This document shows positions 62,176 through 64,000 of a stretch of 64,000 nucleotides of DNA, piece after piece. The notes under the pieces were generated by a model, which was not told where the DNA came from, did no database searches, and saw only the letters and a program-made list of their open reading frames with translations. Every line of letters starts with the position of its first letter. Position 1 is the stretch's first letter. The DNA is from Hormiphora californensis. Taxonomy: Eukaryota > Animalia > Ctenophora. The position numbers were made by a program, and so were the translations under genes. The stretch is taken from the NCBI GenBank assembly GCA_020137815.1, contig CM035353.1, positions 4,278,001 to 4,342,000 on the forward strand. The letters run 5' to 3'.

Positions 62176-63393
62176 CTGCTTCTTGTCCTTATTCTTGTTC
62201 CTCTTATCCTTTTCTTGTCTGAGTTGGTTCTGTGCTTCTTGTAGTGCTGCTTGGTGTTGCTGGAGTTGCTCCGCCTGTTGCTGCATCAATAGTTGCTGCT
62301 GTGTGATGTATTCTTGCTGCTCCATCTGTTGTCGGGCCAGAGTTTGTATCTCCTGTTGTTGTGCTAACAGAGCCTGTAGGTGGAGTTGCTGTAGGAGGGG
62401 TTAGTTGGGTGGGGTGTGGAGATGGGGGTGAAGGTTATGGGGGGGGGGGGGGGGTGATGGTGTGTATTGTTGAGTTGTACCTGGTTTGTGTTGGCGTTCT
62501 GGTCTAGCATCTGTTGGTTAGCTTGGTCATTCTGGTCCATACGTTCATCCGCTGGTTCATTGTTACCGGGTACTATTCCATTACCGGGTACTACTCCGTG
62601 TCCGGGTACAGCTCCATGTCCAGATACAGCTCCGTTTCCTGGTGTCATTCCGTTGACTCCGGCAACATTTCGGTTTCGGTTCTGTATGGGGGGAGGGGTT
62701 GTTAGTAGGGATTGTTATACTTCATCTTCAGAATTTGATAGTTAGAGGGGGGAGTGGTAATTTGTTTACCAGTCTTATATAAGTTAGGGGGTTGTTAGGG
62801 GGGGGTTGGTAGTGGGTTTGTACTTTTATATTATTCTGAATTCGGTAGTTTTGAAGGAAGGGATTATGGGAGGAGGGGAGGTGTATTTCACTTGCCTGTC
62901 TTATATAGGGAGGTGGGGGCCTAGCTGTTCCCTCTCGTCTTCTTACATTGAGTATTCTGAAACCAGGAACTGGTACGATCAAATCTTGTGCTAAATCTCC
63001 CATTACATAGAGTAGATGATGGCCCTTTATACTGAGTTGGACTGGAGGTCTGGTCAGAATTGCAGGTTCTAACCACCCGAGAATCCTGGACATTGTCTCC
63101 CTCGATTGTAAATGATTAAATGTATCGACGACCCGTAGCGAGTGGGTATGGAGATCATCCTCTTCACATACGTATTGAGCAGGTACACCTGGAATGTTAT
63201 CTGCAGTCAACATCAGGGATCTGCCTCGGTAGTCCCGGTTCGTTAACAAGGGAATGTTTTGTTGCAGGAGGAAAGCCTCCAGATCCTTAAAATCCGCGTC
63301 TTCGAGCGTCAGCATCTCGGTACTATAAATCCTAAGTTGGCGGCCTCTCGGGGCACGCATTATCTTCTGTTGTGGGGTCAGTCTCCTTGCCAT
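62176..63393 (-). CDS. Hypothetical protein: 221-aa ORF (63393-62728) followed by frameshifted GN-repeat and Q-rich coiled-coil segments
   Basis: ATG-initiated ORF; downstream QQQEIQTLARQQMEQQEY segment; frame breaks fall at G homopolymers. Confidence 0.4.
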
Positions 63394-64000
63394 GGTTGCT
63401 ACATGAGAGAATATTGGTTATTTGCTGCTGTCGATAGGGGTGTGAGGGTGGTGGGTTGGGTGTAGAGGGGGTGAGAAGGGAGGGGCGGCGTAATTACAAG
63501 TGGTATTTGGATAATAAGAGACGAGGGAAAGGGGATACTGATATTACACTACTACAGTTGTGTTGGAATGGGGGCAGTAGAGAGCAATATTATTAACAAT
63601 GTCAGATTTTGAGGGAGGGAGGCTAAGGGTGATGCGTTGCAATTATACTATCAAGAGCTTAGGATATTGACAATTGAGACTTGAGATGATGGGGAGAGAG
63701 GTAAGACTGATGTCATCTAATTAGCGGCAGTCGAGAATTGAGATATTATTATACTACAGCATTTAGGAGTTGTGAGGCTACAATATTGCTAACAACATTA
63801 GTGAAATGCGATAGTTGTAGAGGAATACTGTTGCTGCAGTGACTATAGTGATATGGTATAGAGGAACAACTGTACTACTGTCAACAGGCAATGAAAGAGG
63901 AGGTCAGGGAAGAGCGGCGTAACTGCAGGCTACGTTTGAGAAATGAGGTGATGAGAGAGAGAGAGAGATTGCGCGCGCACTGTTCGTTGGTTAGTGGAGT

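Noticed and set aside
44400-64000. Endogenous DNA virus or Polinton
   Set aside because: No polB, capsid, ATPase or integrase recognised, and the TENT-like pieces contain spliceosomal introns.

Overview
Eukaryotic, intron-rich animal DNA, most likely a pleurobrachiid ctenophore (inferred from a 40-nt sequence I recall as the Pleurobrachia/Hormiphora spliced leader). Host genes: the 3' part of a multi-exon TPR gene (TTC6-like, +), a KIM-family-like tyrosine phosphatase (-) with a probable antisense gene nested in one intron, two tandem Rac/Rho-like GTPase paralogues (+) and a C2H2 zinc-finger gene (+). About 15.7-23.1 kb is homopolymer-corrupted, low-quality sequence. The window also holds many MITEs and foldback palindromes, and 44.4-61.1 kb is a mosaic of duplicated, permuted fragments of a Trf4/TENT-like terminal nucleotidyltransferase. 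The main discovery is two full-length, intact but clearly diverged CR1/L2-group LINEs (30790-35491 minus; 39360-44190 plus). Both start with an identical 40-nt spliced-leader sequence lying inside the target-site duplications. Both also lack an AUG ahead of the ORF2 endonuclease motif, and ORF2 is reachable by a -1 frameshift at a conserved A_AAA_AAC site. This suggests retrotransposons whose 5' end is supplied, and possibly regenerated each cycle, by host SL trans-splicing.
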